Virus record (IMG/VR): IMGVR_UViG_3300016471_001035
Coordinates: 75,595-139,594 of that record
DNA length: 64,000 nt
Direction: 5' to 3' (one strand)
DNA from: a virus
Below are positions 48,016 through 57,873 of this stretch, one piece after another. The notes under the pieces were generated by a model. That model made no database searches and had not been told where the DNA came from. It was given only the letters and a program-made list of their open reading frames with translations. The translations under genes were made by a program, and so were the position numbers. Each line of letters opens with the position of its first letter. The first letter of the stretch is position 1.

Positions 48016-50412
48016 ATGCCTACATTTTATCAAACAACTTCTGCAGACAAGACATCTATTTTGTATGATTTTAAAACTATAGATACGTCAAGAGACGTAG
48101 TTATATCTTTTGACTATAATTGTTCACTATTTAACTCTACAGGAGTTGATGGGTTTAGTCTTTTTTTAGCTGAAAGTATTAATGCTCCAGTGGGAGGTGC
48201 TGTTGGCCCGGGGTTAGGCGCAACATCCTTAGTAGCACTATCTACTGTAGGTTATTTTACTAACCCTTTACCGCCTTTTGATCTTCTGCCTGTAAACGTT
48301 CCAGTTGTTTTTAATGGTGCTGAAACTAGTGCACTTGTAATAGGTTTTGATATAAGTGGTAGATTTGGCTCTGGTAATTATTACGGGTTAAACGGACCTT
48401 CACAAGAAATACCTAATACAATAACTTTAAGAGGAGGTAAAGATCAAGGATTTCAATTTCTTTATAAAACACCTCAACTGAATACTTCTGCATTCGAAGA
48501 GCCTTTCTATCTTTATACTGCTTCAGCTACAGCATTCAATACATTTAGAGCAAGACTAACAAATTTAGGTAAAACTATTATTTTAGATCATAAGATTGGA
48601 ACAGGTAAATATAATAATATTTTTAGTTATAATCTACCATATTTTCTTCCTCAATATGTGTATCCATGTCTAGGATTCAGTACAAATATAGATTTTAATA
48701 CAATAAATTTACGCGTAAAAAACTTTCATGAAAACGGATTTTTTGTAACACCTACTAATACACCATCATGGACACCCACAGTTACGCCTACACCTACAGT
48801 TACGCCTACTAGAACCGCTACTCCCACGGTTACACCTACTAATACAGTTACACCGTCTGTTACGCCTTCTAATACCGTTACACCTTCCGTCACACCTTCT
48901 AATACCGTCACACCATCAATAACCCCGTCTAATACAGTTACTCCTTCTATTACACCTTCCAATACTGCTACGCCATCAGAAACACCTACTAACACGCCTA
49001 CGCATTCAGAAACACCTACCAACACGCCTACACCAACAGAAACACCTACCAACACACCCACACCCACTCAAACAGTAACACCTACAGTAACGCCTTCTAA
49101 TACACGTACGCCAACAGCAACGCCGACTAGAACTGTAACACCTACAGTAACGCCTTCTAATACTGCTTCACCTACGGTAACCCCGTCTATAACACCGACC
49201 AATACACGTACTCCTACGGTCACACCGTCCGTCACTCCTTCAGCTACAAATATTAACTATACGGTATTCCCATCTAATCAAACAAATATTATTATTAATG
49301 ATAATACTGTTGCAACCCCGTATCCTGTAGAATTTACAGTTTCAGGTATTACAAGAATAGTAGATAAGATTACTATAAAGTTAATAAACTATAATCATGA
49401 TTTTGCTGCTGACGTTGCTATGTTGTTAGTAGCACCTAATGGTCAATCAACCATCGTAGTTGGCAGGGTAGGCGAAGGCCCCGCTATTAATGTAGACGTA
49501 ATGCTAGATCAAAATGCAAGCCAAGCTTGGGATGGTTATTCATCAGGTACTTACAAGCCTAATACAATATCGGATGATTTCCCATTCGACAATATAAATG
49601 GGTGCCCCGTTGGCCCTTATAATACATCGCTTGACACATTCTTCTATATGTCACCAGGTGACGTTAATGGTACCTGGAAATTATACATACAAGACTTTGC
49701 ACCTGTTGATGTAGGGACTATGCAAAGCGCACAGTTATATGTATATCAAGTATCACCATTTGCATCACCTACACCTACTGCTTCGCCTACTGTTACGCCT
49801 TCAGTTACACCCACAATAACACCTACATTCCCTCTACCTACATCAAGCGTAACACCTACTAATACTCCTACAGTTACTAATACGCCTTCACCTACAGTAA
49901 CGCAATCACAAATAGACTATATTTCATTCCTATCGAGTACCAGTAATCTCATTATAAATGATGAAAGTATAGCTACTCCTTATCCACTCACATTTAATGT
50001 CTCTGGGCTAGCATCTACATATTCTAGAGTAACTGTACAATTAAGCGGGTATAATCATGACTTTACTGAAGATGTTGTCATGCTTCTTGTTTCTCCTACT
50101 AATACTACTTGTTTATTAGCCGGTAGAGTTGGTTTAAATTCTGCCGTTGATACTACAGTAGTATTAGATCAAAGCGCATCTATTGCTTGGGATGGGTATA
50201 GTTCAGGGTATTACAAACCTAACACTACTTCTAATACATTTGCAATGAGTAGTAATAACGGTTGCCCCGCAGGCCCGTATAACACAACATTAAATATATT
50301 TAACAATATAAATTCTGCAAACGCCAACGGTACTTGGAAGCTATATATTCAAGACTTTGCATTCGGAGATATTGGCAGCCTTAGCAACGCTACTTTAAGA
50401 TTCCATTCATAA
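48016..50412 (+). CDS. Modular virion protein: lectin-like domain, Thr/Pro mucin-like linkers, two proprotein-convertase P-domain-like repeats
   Basis: DGFSLFL...VIGFD (L-type lectin-like); about 165-aa TP tract; two about 165-aa repeats each with [36 protein letters not shown]. Confidence 0.75.
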   Translation: MPTFYQTTSADKTSILYDFKTIDTSRDVVISFDYNCSLFNSTGVDGFSLFLAESINAPVGGAVGPGLGATSLVALSTVGYFTNPLPPFDLLPVNVPVVFNGAETSALVIGFDISGRFGSGNYYGLNGPSQEIPNTITLRGGKDQGFQFLYKTPQLNTSAFEEPFYLYTASATAFNTFRARLTNLGKTIILDHKIGTGKYNNIFSYNLPYFLPQYVYPCLGFSTNIDFNTINLRVKNFHENGFFVTPTNTPSWTPTVTPTPTVTPTRTATPTVTPTNTVTPSVTPSNTVTPSVTPSNTVTPSITPSNTVTPSITPSNTATPSETPTNTPTHSETPTNTPTPTETPTNTPTPTQTVTPTVTPSNTRTPTATPTRTVTPTVTPSNTASPTVTPSITPTNTRTPTVTPSVTPSATNINYTVFPSNQTNIIINDNTVATPYPVEFTVSGITRIVDKITIKLINYNHDFAADVAMLLVAPNGQSTIVVGRVGEGPAINVDVMLDQNASQAWDGYSSGTYKPNTISDDFPFDNINGCPVGPYNTSLDTFFYMSPGDVNGTWKLYIQDFAPVDVGTMQSAQLYVYQVSPFASPTPTASPTVTPSVTPTITPTFPLPTSSVTPTNTPTVTNTPSPTVTQSQIDYISFLSSTSNLIINDESIATPYPLTFNVSGLASTYSRVTVQLSGYNHDFTEDVVMLLVSPTNTTCLLAGRVGLNSAVDTTVVLDQSASIAWDGYSSGYYKPNTTSNTFAMSSNNGCPAGPYNTTLNIFNNINSANANGTWKLYIQDFAFGDIGSLSNATLRFHS
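48748..49248 (+). repeat. Degenerate coding repeats encoding TPTxTPS/TPSNT units
   Basis: ACx CCx periodicity; wobble positions diverged while the peptide is conserved. Confidence 0.9.
49765..49900 (+). repeat. Second Thr/Pro/Ser linker between the two P-domain-like repeats
   Basis: [21 protein letters not shown]...SPTVT. Confidence 0.85.
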
Positions 50413-50420
50413 ATTTTTAT

Positions 50421-50448
50421 TTGATTTAAATACATTGTGTATTAAAAT
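50421..50448 (+). promoter_or_regulatory. Sigma70-type promoter of the glycosyltransferase operon, start codon at predicted +1
   Basis: TTGATT-N16-TAAAAT-N6-GTG(50455). Confidence 0.7.
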
Positions 50449-50454
50449 ATTAAA

Positions 50455-51723
50455 GTGAAAAATAACAAAGAATTAATTTTTATTTCAATAGCTTCATATA
50501 GAGATCCGCAGTTAGTACCTACTTTAAGAGATTGTGTTGCCAATGCTAAATATCCTGAAAATTTAAGGTTTAATATTTGTTGGCAAAAAGACGAGAAGGA
50601 ATCATTAGAAGAGTTTACAAATGATTCGAGAGTTAAATACATTGAAGTTCCTTATAACGAGAGCAAAGGGACATGCTGGGCAAGAAGCAGAATTCAAGAT
50701 AATTATGATGGTGAAAAATATTATTTACAGCTAGACAGTCATCATCGCTTTGTAAAAGATTGGGATGAAAAATGTATTGGAATGGTCAAGCAACTTCAAA
50801 AGAAAGGACATAAAAAGCCTCTGCTAACTGGTTATATTTCTAGTTTCAATCCAGATAATGATCCCGCTGAACGTATACAAATACCATGGAAAATGAATTT
50901 CGATAGATTTATACCAGAGGGAGCAGTTTTCTTTTTACCCGCATCAATCGACGATTATAAAGAACGAACTGAACCGCTACCAGCAAGATTTGTTTCAGCT
51001 CATTTTATTTTTACACTTGGTAAATGGGTAAAGGAAGTTCCTTACGATCCTAATTATTATTTTCATGGTGAAGAAATTAACCTTGCTGTGAGATCATTTA
51101 CTTGGGGATATGACTTATTTCACCCTCATATGGTAATCGCATGGCATGAATATACTAGACGAGGAAGAACGAAACACTGGGATGATGTTAAGGAATGGGG
51201 CGAATTTAACAGACTTTCGCACCTACGTAATCGTAAATTGTTTGGTATGGATGGTGAGATCGATGATATTAAGTGGGGAAAGTATGGATTTGGTAAGAAG
51301 AGAACATTACAGGATTATGAAAAATATTCCGGTCTTTGTTTTAAAAAGCGTGCAGTTCAAAGATGGACGCTAGAAAATAAACTAGCACCAAATCCTAATG
51401 ACAATCTTAGTGCGGAAGAATATGAAAAGTCTTTCTTAAAGATATTTAAGCATTGTATTGATGTCGGATATGACAAAGTGCCTGAAAAAGACTATGACTT
51501 TTGGTGTGTAGCATTTAAAGATAAAGAAGGTAAAGATGTATATAGAAAAGATGCTGATAGAGCTGAAATAGATAGAATGTTTAATGATCCGGACAAATAT
51601 TGTAAGATTTGGCGTGAGTTTAATGCAGAAGAAATGCCTCATAGCTGGATTGTATGGCCTCACAGTGTATCTAAAGGGTGGTCAGATCCTATAACTGGTG
51701 TAATAGGTAATAAAGTCAGCTAA
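50455..51723 (+). CDS. GT60-like (Skp1/polypeptide GlcNAc-transferase family) glycosyltransferase
   Basis: IFISIASYRDPQL, KGTCWAR, YYLQLDSHHRF (DSH metal motif), EVPYDP, FHGEE, FTWGYD, WHEY. Confidence 0.8.
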   Translation: MKNNKELIFISIASYRDPQLVPTLRDCVANAKYPENLRFNICWQKDEKESLEEFTNDSRVKYIEVPYNESKGTCWARSRIQDNYDGEKYYLQLDSHHRFVKDWDEKCIGMVKQLQKKGHKKPLLTGYISSFNPDNDPAERIQIPWKMNFDRFIPEGAVFFLPASIDDYKERTEPLPARFVSAHFIFTLGKWVKEVPYDPNYYFHGEEINLAVRSFTWGYDLFHPHMVIAWHEYTRRGRTKHWDDVKEWGEFNRLSHLRNRKLFGMDGEIDDIKWGKYGFGKKRTLQDYEKYSGLCFKKRAVQRWTLENKLAPNPNDNLSAEEYEKSFLKIFKHCIDVGYDKVPEKDYDFWCVAFKDKEGKDVYRKDADRAEIDRMFNDPDKYCKIWREFNAEEMPHSWIVWPHSVSKGWSDPITGVIGNKVS

Positions 51724-52496
51724 TGAAATACACGTATTGTATTGCATCAGAGGCTCATTATCCTAACTATACGAAAAGAGTTAAGGAGAACAGTCTTAAA
51801 TCATACTTTAACCTTGAACTTGACAAAAAAAATATACCATATTATATTTCAACAAACAGAATTCAGGATTTTGATGAATTCAAGGACCACCCTACAGTAA
51901 AAATAATAGATATTAACGAAGCAAGAAGAGATGTTCCCGAATCTTTTAATTACGAGCTTTATCCCGACGACCCCACGGGTATCTACCCGGCTAGATATCC
52001 ATGGAACATGCGTAGATTTTTAGTTAGACGCGCCGGACTGGACGGGCTTTGTGGCTGCTATGTAATAGATGCTGATTCTGTTAGTCACCCTTCAATTAGT
52101 AAGGATAATTTTGTAGATCATATGGATAAAATATATGAGCCTAAGGTCTGTGGGTCAAATGCTGCTATATTTAAATATTCTCCCGGCTCTACATTTGAAG
52201 TGTTTGCGAGACATGATGCTTATATAAAGCATTTCGGGTTTACATTTACACCCGATCAGTATACTACTATAGACGGCCCGGCAATGTTTTTTATGGGCGA
52301 GACTAGTCAAGATCTTATTAATTTATATGAGAAATGGAATTTCTTTGCTTTGTTTGGCTATAAAAAGGAGTTTGGCTTCGGTTGTGAAAGTAATTTCCAT
52401 ACCAATCTATCATTTACATTTCCTTCTGTTGGCTTTACAGTAAAGGAAAAGCCTCTACCTTTTTATCCTGAGCATCATTATGAGGATAGATATTAA
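51723..52496 (+). CDS. Putative nucleotide-sugar transferase
   Basis: YPWNMRRF...YVIDADS (DxD); TAATG-coupled within the GT operon. Confidence 0.55.
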   Translation: MKYTYCIASEAHYPNYTKRVKENSLKSYFNLELDKKNIPYYISTNRIQDFDEFKDHPTVKIIDINEARRDVPESFNYELYPDDPTGIYPARYPWNMRRFLVRRAGLDGLCGCYVIDADSVSHPSISKDNFVDHMDKIYEPKVCGSNAAIFKYSPGSTFEVFARHDAYIKHFGFTFTPDQYTTIDGPAMFFMGETSQDLINLYEKWNFFALFGYKKEFGFGCESNFHTNLSFTFPSVGFTVKEKPLPFYPEHHYEDRY

Positions 52497-53146
52497 TGAA
52501 ACTTCTTATTAAGTTTCCTAGCAGAGGCAGGCCTGAAAAATTTAAATCAACGTTCGAGCAGTATTATAGATTACTCTCTAATAAGCGTGAAGTAAAGTTT
52601 GTTTTTACATTTGACACAGATGACGAGACTATGAATAACGATATTATTAAGAATTTTTTACAACTTTACTCTAATATTTGCGAGATTAATTACGGTGATA
52701 GTAAAAATAAAATTGAAGCTATTAATGCTAATTTACAGGATAAGCAATTCGACGTCTTATTACTCGCTAGTGACGACTTAATTCCCTATGTTCAAAATTA
52801 TGATGATATAATTTGTAGTCACATGGAAGAATTTTTTCCCGATACTGATGGCAGTATTCAATATTATACACCTATGTGGGCAGATACATTAGATATTATG
52901 TGCATCTTAGGATTTAAGTATTTTAAAAGATTTAATTACATTTACCACCCTGCTTATAAAGGGTTATTCTGTGATAACGAATTTACTGACATTAAAAAGA
53001 AGCTAAACAAAAATAAATTTGTTTGCCAACAACTATTTGATCATAATTATACTTCAGGCGATCCTACTTCATGGAGAAGTAATTTTTTTCAACATGAAGA
53101 TTGGCGAGTTTATGAAGATAGAAAATTACGCAATTTTGATCTATAA
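52496..53146 (+). CDS. GT2-like glycosyltransferase
   Basis: KFPSRGRP, FDTDD, KIEAIN, ASDDLIP, FCDNEF, FDH. Confidence 0.75.
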   Translation: MKLLIKFPSRGRPEKFKSTFEQYYRLLSNKREVKFVFTFDTDDETMNNDIIKNFLQLYSNICEINYGDSKNKIEAINANLQDKQFDVLLLASDDLIPYVQNYDDIICSHMEEFFPDTDGSIQYYTPMWADTLDIMCILGFKYFKRFNYIYHPAYKGLFCDNEFTDIKKKLNKNKFVCQQLFDHNYTSGDPTSWRSNFFQHEDWRVYEDRKLRNFDL

Positions 53147-53148
53147 TT

Positions 53149-54669
53149 ATGTTTTCAATCTCTAACGTAGCTTTTGCAGATAAGGGGTTTTACATTAATC
53201 TCGATTCGTCTTTAGATAGAAGAAATCACGTAGAAAAGCAAATAGAAAAATTCAATATTAAAAATATTGAAAGGTTTTCAGCTTTAACTGATGAATTACG
53301 CCAATGCACTGCTACTAAAAGTCAAAAAGCAGTATTTGAAAAAGCTATTAGCGAAAATTTAAATACTGTGTTTATTGCTGAGGATGATTTTGATATATTA
53401 GAGAATATTAAGCAGTACAATAATAATACTGTTTCTCTAGAAGACCACCTAAAAGAATTAAAAGTAGAATTAGATACTTTAGACTGGGACATATTTCTTT
53501 TTGGTTGCACCCCAAAAACATTTTTAATACCTTATACTAAAAATATTAGCAAGGTTCATAAAAGTACAGGAGCCTGGGGTTATCTTATTAAAAAAGAAGC
53601 AATGCAATATATTTTAGATAATTTTAATTACAAAAGAGATTATTTAGCAATAGACGATATTTTACCTATTTTAAATTTTAGAGGTTTTAAAACTTTTTGC
53701 GCATCACCGATTACGATTCACCATGCTAAAGGGTTCGAATCTACATTGAACCCTCGAGGACCAGTTAACTATGATAATATGATAGATGGTAGCTACCACA
53801 AATATCTAGAAGGATTTATTAAAGATGATTATTTAGATCAATATTATTTAGAGCGTAACTTAACAATAGTAGTCGCAGGGCACTTTGCAGAGAATTTTTT
53901 ATATTATTTGAGATATTTACTATTTAGTTTGCCTGAAGAAATTACTAAGTGTAAATTCCTCGTATATTACGATCACAATCCTAATATAGAAAATCCCATA
54001 TTACCACTTTTACATTATTTTTATAATAGAAATCGTACAATTACCTATGATATTAAGTTTGTAAAGTATGGTTTGATAGACACTGTTAAGACAATGCTAC
54101 AAGACATAACTACTCCATACTTTATGTTTTTAGAGCATGATTGGGTATTTTTAAGAAAAGACAATATTAACTTTAGATCTATACTAAAAGCATTTGATAA
54201 ATATGACTTTATACATTCTGTTTACTTGAATAAAGATGACAATAATTTAAGAGGCTTTGAAATTTGCCAAGATAAAACGGGTGCTACATCACCATTTCAA
54301 TTGGAAGATAGAGTTAAGGAAATAAACTTAATTACAACTTGTAGATGGTCTAATAACCCCTGTATACATAGAACAAGTAAATATAAAGAATGGTATACAA
54401 CATATTTGGATTCTGTACATAATAATGTCGGTCATGGCCAACATGATGTAGAAGAAGTAATGATACCCGCTTATAGAGACGTTATTTCTAAATCTAACTG
54501 GATTGACATTAGAGATAATTGGGGTACATATTTATATGGTAATATTGGTGAAGGACCATACGTTGGTCATACAGATGCTTCTAGAAGATATCTTACATCA
54601 GCAAGATCTCAGCCAGAAGAAAATGGTGATGAATTTATAAAGAACAACCCTCTTCCCGAACATGATTAA
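53149..54669 (+). CDS. Two-domain glycosyltransferase (GT25-like plus second GT-A domain)
   Basis: FYINLDSSLDRR, IERFSA, IAEDD, GAWGYLI, AIDD; second half FMFLEHDWVF, WSNNP, YVGH. Confidence 0.8.
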   Translation: MFSISNVAFADKGFYINLDSSLDRRNHVEKQIEKFNIKNIERFSALTDELRQCTATKSQKAVFEKAISENLNTVFIAEDDFDILENIKQYNNNTVSLEDHLKELKVELDTLDWDIFLFGCTPKTFLIPYTKNISKVHKSTGAWGYLIKKEAMQYILDNFNYKRDYLAIDDILPILNFRGFKTFCASPITIHHAKGFESTLNPRGPVNYDNMIDGSYHKYLEGFIKDDYLDQYYLERNLTIVVAGHFAENFLYYLRYLLFSLPEEITKCKFLVYYDHNPNIENPILPLLHYFYNRNRTITYDIKFVKYGLIDTVKTMLQDITTPYFMFLEHDWVFLRKDNINFRSILKAFDKYDFIHSVYLNKDDNNLRGFEICQDKTGATSPFQLEDRVKEINLITTCRWSNNPCIHRTSKYKEWYTTYLDSVHNNVGHGQHDVEEVMIPAYRDVISKSNWIDIRDNWGTYLYGNIGEGPYVGHTDASRRYLTSARSQPEENGDEFIKNNPLPEHD

Positions 54670-56971
54670 TATACAAAAAATTTTAAATTTTAATAACAAA
54701 AAGTTTGATCCTTCTATTGTTAATTCAGATCAAATTAAATATATTGTAACTTATCTTGCAGAAGCTATAGAAAGCCTGGAAGGCGATGTTGTTGAATTGG
54801 GATGTTACGTAGGAGAGACCAGTAAGTACATTTCAAAAACATTAGAAGTTGCTAATTCTAATAAAAGCTTTTTTGTATTTGATTCGTTCGAAGGGCTTCC
54901 TGATTTGTCTAAATTTGAAGAAGGCACAGGGTGGAAGCCGAGGACTTTAAACACTACAGAAGAAGTATTGACAGAAAATTTTACTATTAATAACGTAAAA
55001 TTGCCAATTATAACTAAGTCTTGGTTTAAAGATATTAGGGACGATCAGCTTCCCGAAAAAATATGCTTTGCATTTTTAGATGGTGATTTTTATACCTCTA
55101 TTTTTGATAGTTTAGAAAAAATTTATAACCGAGTAGTTGATGGCGGGTATATTTTAGTTCATGATTATAAGCGTAATGATTTACCCGGGGTAGAAGCTGC
55201 AATATTAGAATACTTTAGATTGAATAATATAGAACTTAATATTATAGAAATATGCGAACAGCTAGCTGTTATTTGCAAAAACAAAGAAATCAAAAAGATT
55301 GAACCCTCAAAGTCAAAATTCACTATTGTCACAGGCCTTTGGGATATTGGCAGAGATAAGCTCAAGGAAGGATGGTCTAGAGGCTATTCTCACTACTTAA
55401 ATAAATTAGAGGAGCTTTTGAAAGCTGATTTTAATTTAATTATTTTCGGTGATGAAGAATTAGAAAAGTTTGTTTTTGAGAGAAGAGAACACTATAATAC
55501 TCAATTTGTTAGACGAGATTTAAATTGGATTAAAAACATGCCATTTTTTAATAAAATTCAAGAAATTAGAACGGACCCTAATTGGTATAATCAAGCCGGT
55601 TGGTTATCTGAATCTACACAAGCAAAGCTCGAGCTCTATAATCCATTAGTAATGAGTAAAGTATTTTTGCTCAACGACGCTAAAATTTTAGATAAATTTG
55701 ATTCTGAGTTTCTCTTTTGGCTAGATGCTGGTATAACAAACACAGTACATTATGGGTATTTTACACATGATAAAGTACTAGAAAAGCTACCTAAATTTTT
55801 AGAGAAGTTTTTATTTATAAGCTTTCCTTATCCCGATGGTGGAGAAATACATGGGTTTTCTAGAGAAAAAATGAATGAATTAGCGGGCGTTGAAAATGTT
55901 GAATATGTCTGTAGAGCCGGTTTTTTTGGCGGCCCTAAAGCATCAATCTCCGAAATTAACAGTATATATTATACTTTGTTAAACAACACACTTAATGATG
56001 GGTATATGGGAACAGAAGAAAGCATCTTTACATTAATGACATATCTCCACCCCCATCTTTTTACAAGAGTTTCAATAGACGGCAACGGACTTTTAAGTAA
56101 GTTTTTTGAGGACCTTAAAAACCTAGATATTTCAGAAAAAAATATTGATTTGGATAGTAGAGTACTCTCCGGTGTAAGCATATATGTCATAACATTTAAT
56201 TCGCCAAAGCAATTTGAAATTCTATGTGAATCGTATTTAAAGCATCCAGGGTTTTTAAAAGAAACTAAAAATTATCTATTAGATAATAGCACGGATGAAT
56301 CTACATTTGAAAAATATAAATTGTTGTGTGAAAAATATAATTTTGAGCACATTAAAAAAGACAACTTAGGTATATGTGGCGGTAGACAATTTATTGCAGA
56401 TCATTTTAATGAAAGTGATTCTAAGTATTGTATCTTTTTGGAGGATGATATGGGGCTTTGTGAGCAAACTACAGATCTTTGTAGAAATGGTTTCCCAAGA
56501 TATACAGATAATTTATTTTACAAATTAGTAAAAATAATGGATATAGAAAAGTTTGATTTTCTTAAATTGTCGTTTAGTGAATTTTTTGGAGATAACTCAA
56601 TACAATGGGCTTGGTATAATGTACCCCAGGTAGTTCGCGAAAGATTCTGGCCTCATAACAAAAAGCTACCAAAAATGGGTCTAGACCCTAATGCACCTAG
56701 AACAGAATTTAAAAATATAGATTTTATTGATGGGCTTGGTTATATTACAGGAGATATATATTACTGCAATTGGCCTCAAATAGTATCTAAGGAAGGCAAT
56801 AAAAAAATGTTTATTGAAACTAAATGGGCATCGCCATTTGAACAAACATGGATGTCTTATATGTATCAGCTTACTAAGGAAAATAAATTAAAAGGCGCGT
56901 TGTTATTACTGTCTCCTATTGAACACAATAGATTTGATCATTACTCTAGAGAATTACGTAGAGAAAACTAA
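54662..56971 (+). CDS. Fusion: TylF/MycF-like sugar O-methyltransferase, HtrL/YibB-like domain, GT-A-like domain
   Basis: GDVVELGCYVG, FDSFEGLP, FLDGDFY, HDY; TIVTGLWDIGR, FWLDAG, GFFGG, GTEE; IFLEDDM. Confidence 0.8.
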   Translation: MINIQKILNFNNKKFDPSIVNSDQIKYIVTYLAEAIESLEGDVVELGCYVGETSKYISKTLEVANSNKSFFVFDSFEGLPDLSKFEEGTGWKPRTLNTTEEVLTENFTINNVKLPIITKSWFKDIRDDQLPEKICFAFLDGDFYTSIFDSLEKIYNRVVDGGYILVHDYKRNDLPGVEAAILEYFRLNNIELNIIEICEQLAVICKNKEIKKIEPSKSKFTIVTGLWDIGRDKLKEGWSRGYSHYLNKLEELLKADFNLIIFGDEELEKFVFERREHYNTQFVRRDLNWIKNMPFFNKIQEIRTDPNWYNQAGWLSESTQAKLELYNPLVMSKVFLLNDAKILDKFDSEFLFWLDAGITNTVHYGYFTHDKVLEKLPKFLEKFLFISFPYPDGGEIHGFSREKMNELAGVENVEYVCRAGFFGGPKASISEINSIYYTLLNNTLNDGYMGTEESIFTLMTYLHPHLFTRVSIDGNGLLSKFFEDLKNLDISEKNIDLDSRVLSGVSIYVITFNSPKQFEILCESYLKHPGFLKETKNYLLDNSTDESTFEKYKLLCEKYNFEHIKKDNLGICGGRQFIADHFNESDSKYCIFLEDDMGLCEQTTDLCRNGFPRYTDNLFYKLVKIMDIEKFDFLKLSFSEFFGDNSIQWAWYNVPQVVRERFWPHNKKLPKMGLDPNAPRTEFKNIDFIDGLGYITGDIYYCNWPQIVSKEGNKKMFIETKWASPFEQTWMSYMYQLTKENKLKGALLLLSPIEHNRFDHYSRELRREN

Positions 56972-57001
56972 TTTAGTACGTTTAAATACGTGTATTTTAA
57001 G

Positions 57002-57007
57002 TAAATA
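57002..57007 (+). promoter_or_regulatory. T4-type late promoter core
   Basis: TAAATA-N5-GTG(57013). Confidence 0.65.
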
Positions 57008-57012
57008 ATAAT

Positions 57013-57864
57013 GTGAATTATGTAAATTACGTTTTGTCGAGCGTACAAATTCCCGGATATCCTTCTGTATTAAATCATTATATTTTTATTGACCCTGTAC
57101 TAGGAACTTCTATTAATTGGCCTGCCTGTGCAAACGGAAGCTTTTTTTCTGAAACAACCGGCACGTTTGTATACCCCGCAACTGCTAAAGGCGGTTTATT
57201 TTTCCCTTGGGGTTATTCAGTTGAAAACACCACACTTACAGCAGATTTAGGCATATTTAAAGGGCAGGTAACTCTTTTAATTAGCCCCTCAGCTATAGAT
57301 AATACGTATTTTACAACATTAAAAATAATTTACGATTTTAATGATAATGAGATTATTAACATTGAAAAGGGTATTGTAGAAAATATTTTACCAGGCAATG
57401 TTGCTTTTCTTGATGCTGGCAACCCAAACGATAAAAATATATCACACGTATATACATCAAAATCATTAAGCGGGACAACTTATTATCCAACTATTACTGT
57501 TTTAAACGGTAATATGGCATTAAGTGTTTTTAATTTAAAGCTTTCACTTCTACCTGGCACAGTATTCGATTTTGAAGATTTTCATCTAATAAATACCTCA
57601 CAGCTTTCTAGGTTTGACGCACCGCAATTTAAATCATTAGAAGTGTTTGAATTAGATGAAGAAAACAATAATTTTGTATCAAATTTTCTTTTAATAAGCT
57701 CTTATCCCACCCCTACGCCTTCCTACACGCCAGTGCCCACCCCTACACCATCAATTACCCCTACTATAACACCTACTATTACTCCTACTAAAACTGTTAC
57801 GCCTACGATAACACCCTCACCATCTATTACACCTACTATAACTCCATCGAGGTCGAGTTTATAA
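57013..57864 (+). CDS. Putative virion protein with C-terminal Thr/Pro tract
   Basis: PKD-like YDFND...ISHVY...YYPTITV segment; about 48-aa (TPTI)n tail. Confidence 0.7.
   Translation: MNYVNYVLSSVQIPGYPSVLNHYIFIDPVLGTSINWPACANGSFFSETTGTFVYPATAKGGLFFPWGYSVENTTLTADLGIFKGQVTLLISPSAIDNTYFTTLKIIYDFNDNEIINIEKGIVENILPGNVAFLDAGNPNDKNISHVYTSKSLSGTTYYPTITVLNGNMALSVFNLKLSLLPGTVFDFEDFHLINTSQLSRFDAPQFKSLEVFELDEENNNFVSNFLLISSYPTPTPSYTPVPTPTPSITPTITPTITPTKTVTPTITPSPSITPTITPSRSSL
57706..57849 (+). repeat. Thr/Pro coding repeat
   Basis: PTPTPSYTPVPTPTPSITPTITPTITPT... Confidence 0.85.
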
Positions 57865-57867
57865 ATA
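57860..57867 (+). promoter_or_regulatory. T4-type late promoter, full consensus
   Basis: TATAAATA-N6-ATG(57874). Confidence 0.75.
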
Positions 57868-57873
57868 TTTACT

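Noticed and set aside
48748-49248. Possible CRISPR array or diversity-generating repeat
   Set aside because: Repeats are in-frame and degenerate at wobble positions, with no constant repeat and unique spacers; no cas or reverse transcriptase gene is present.
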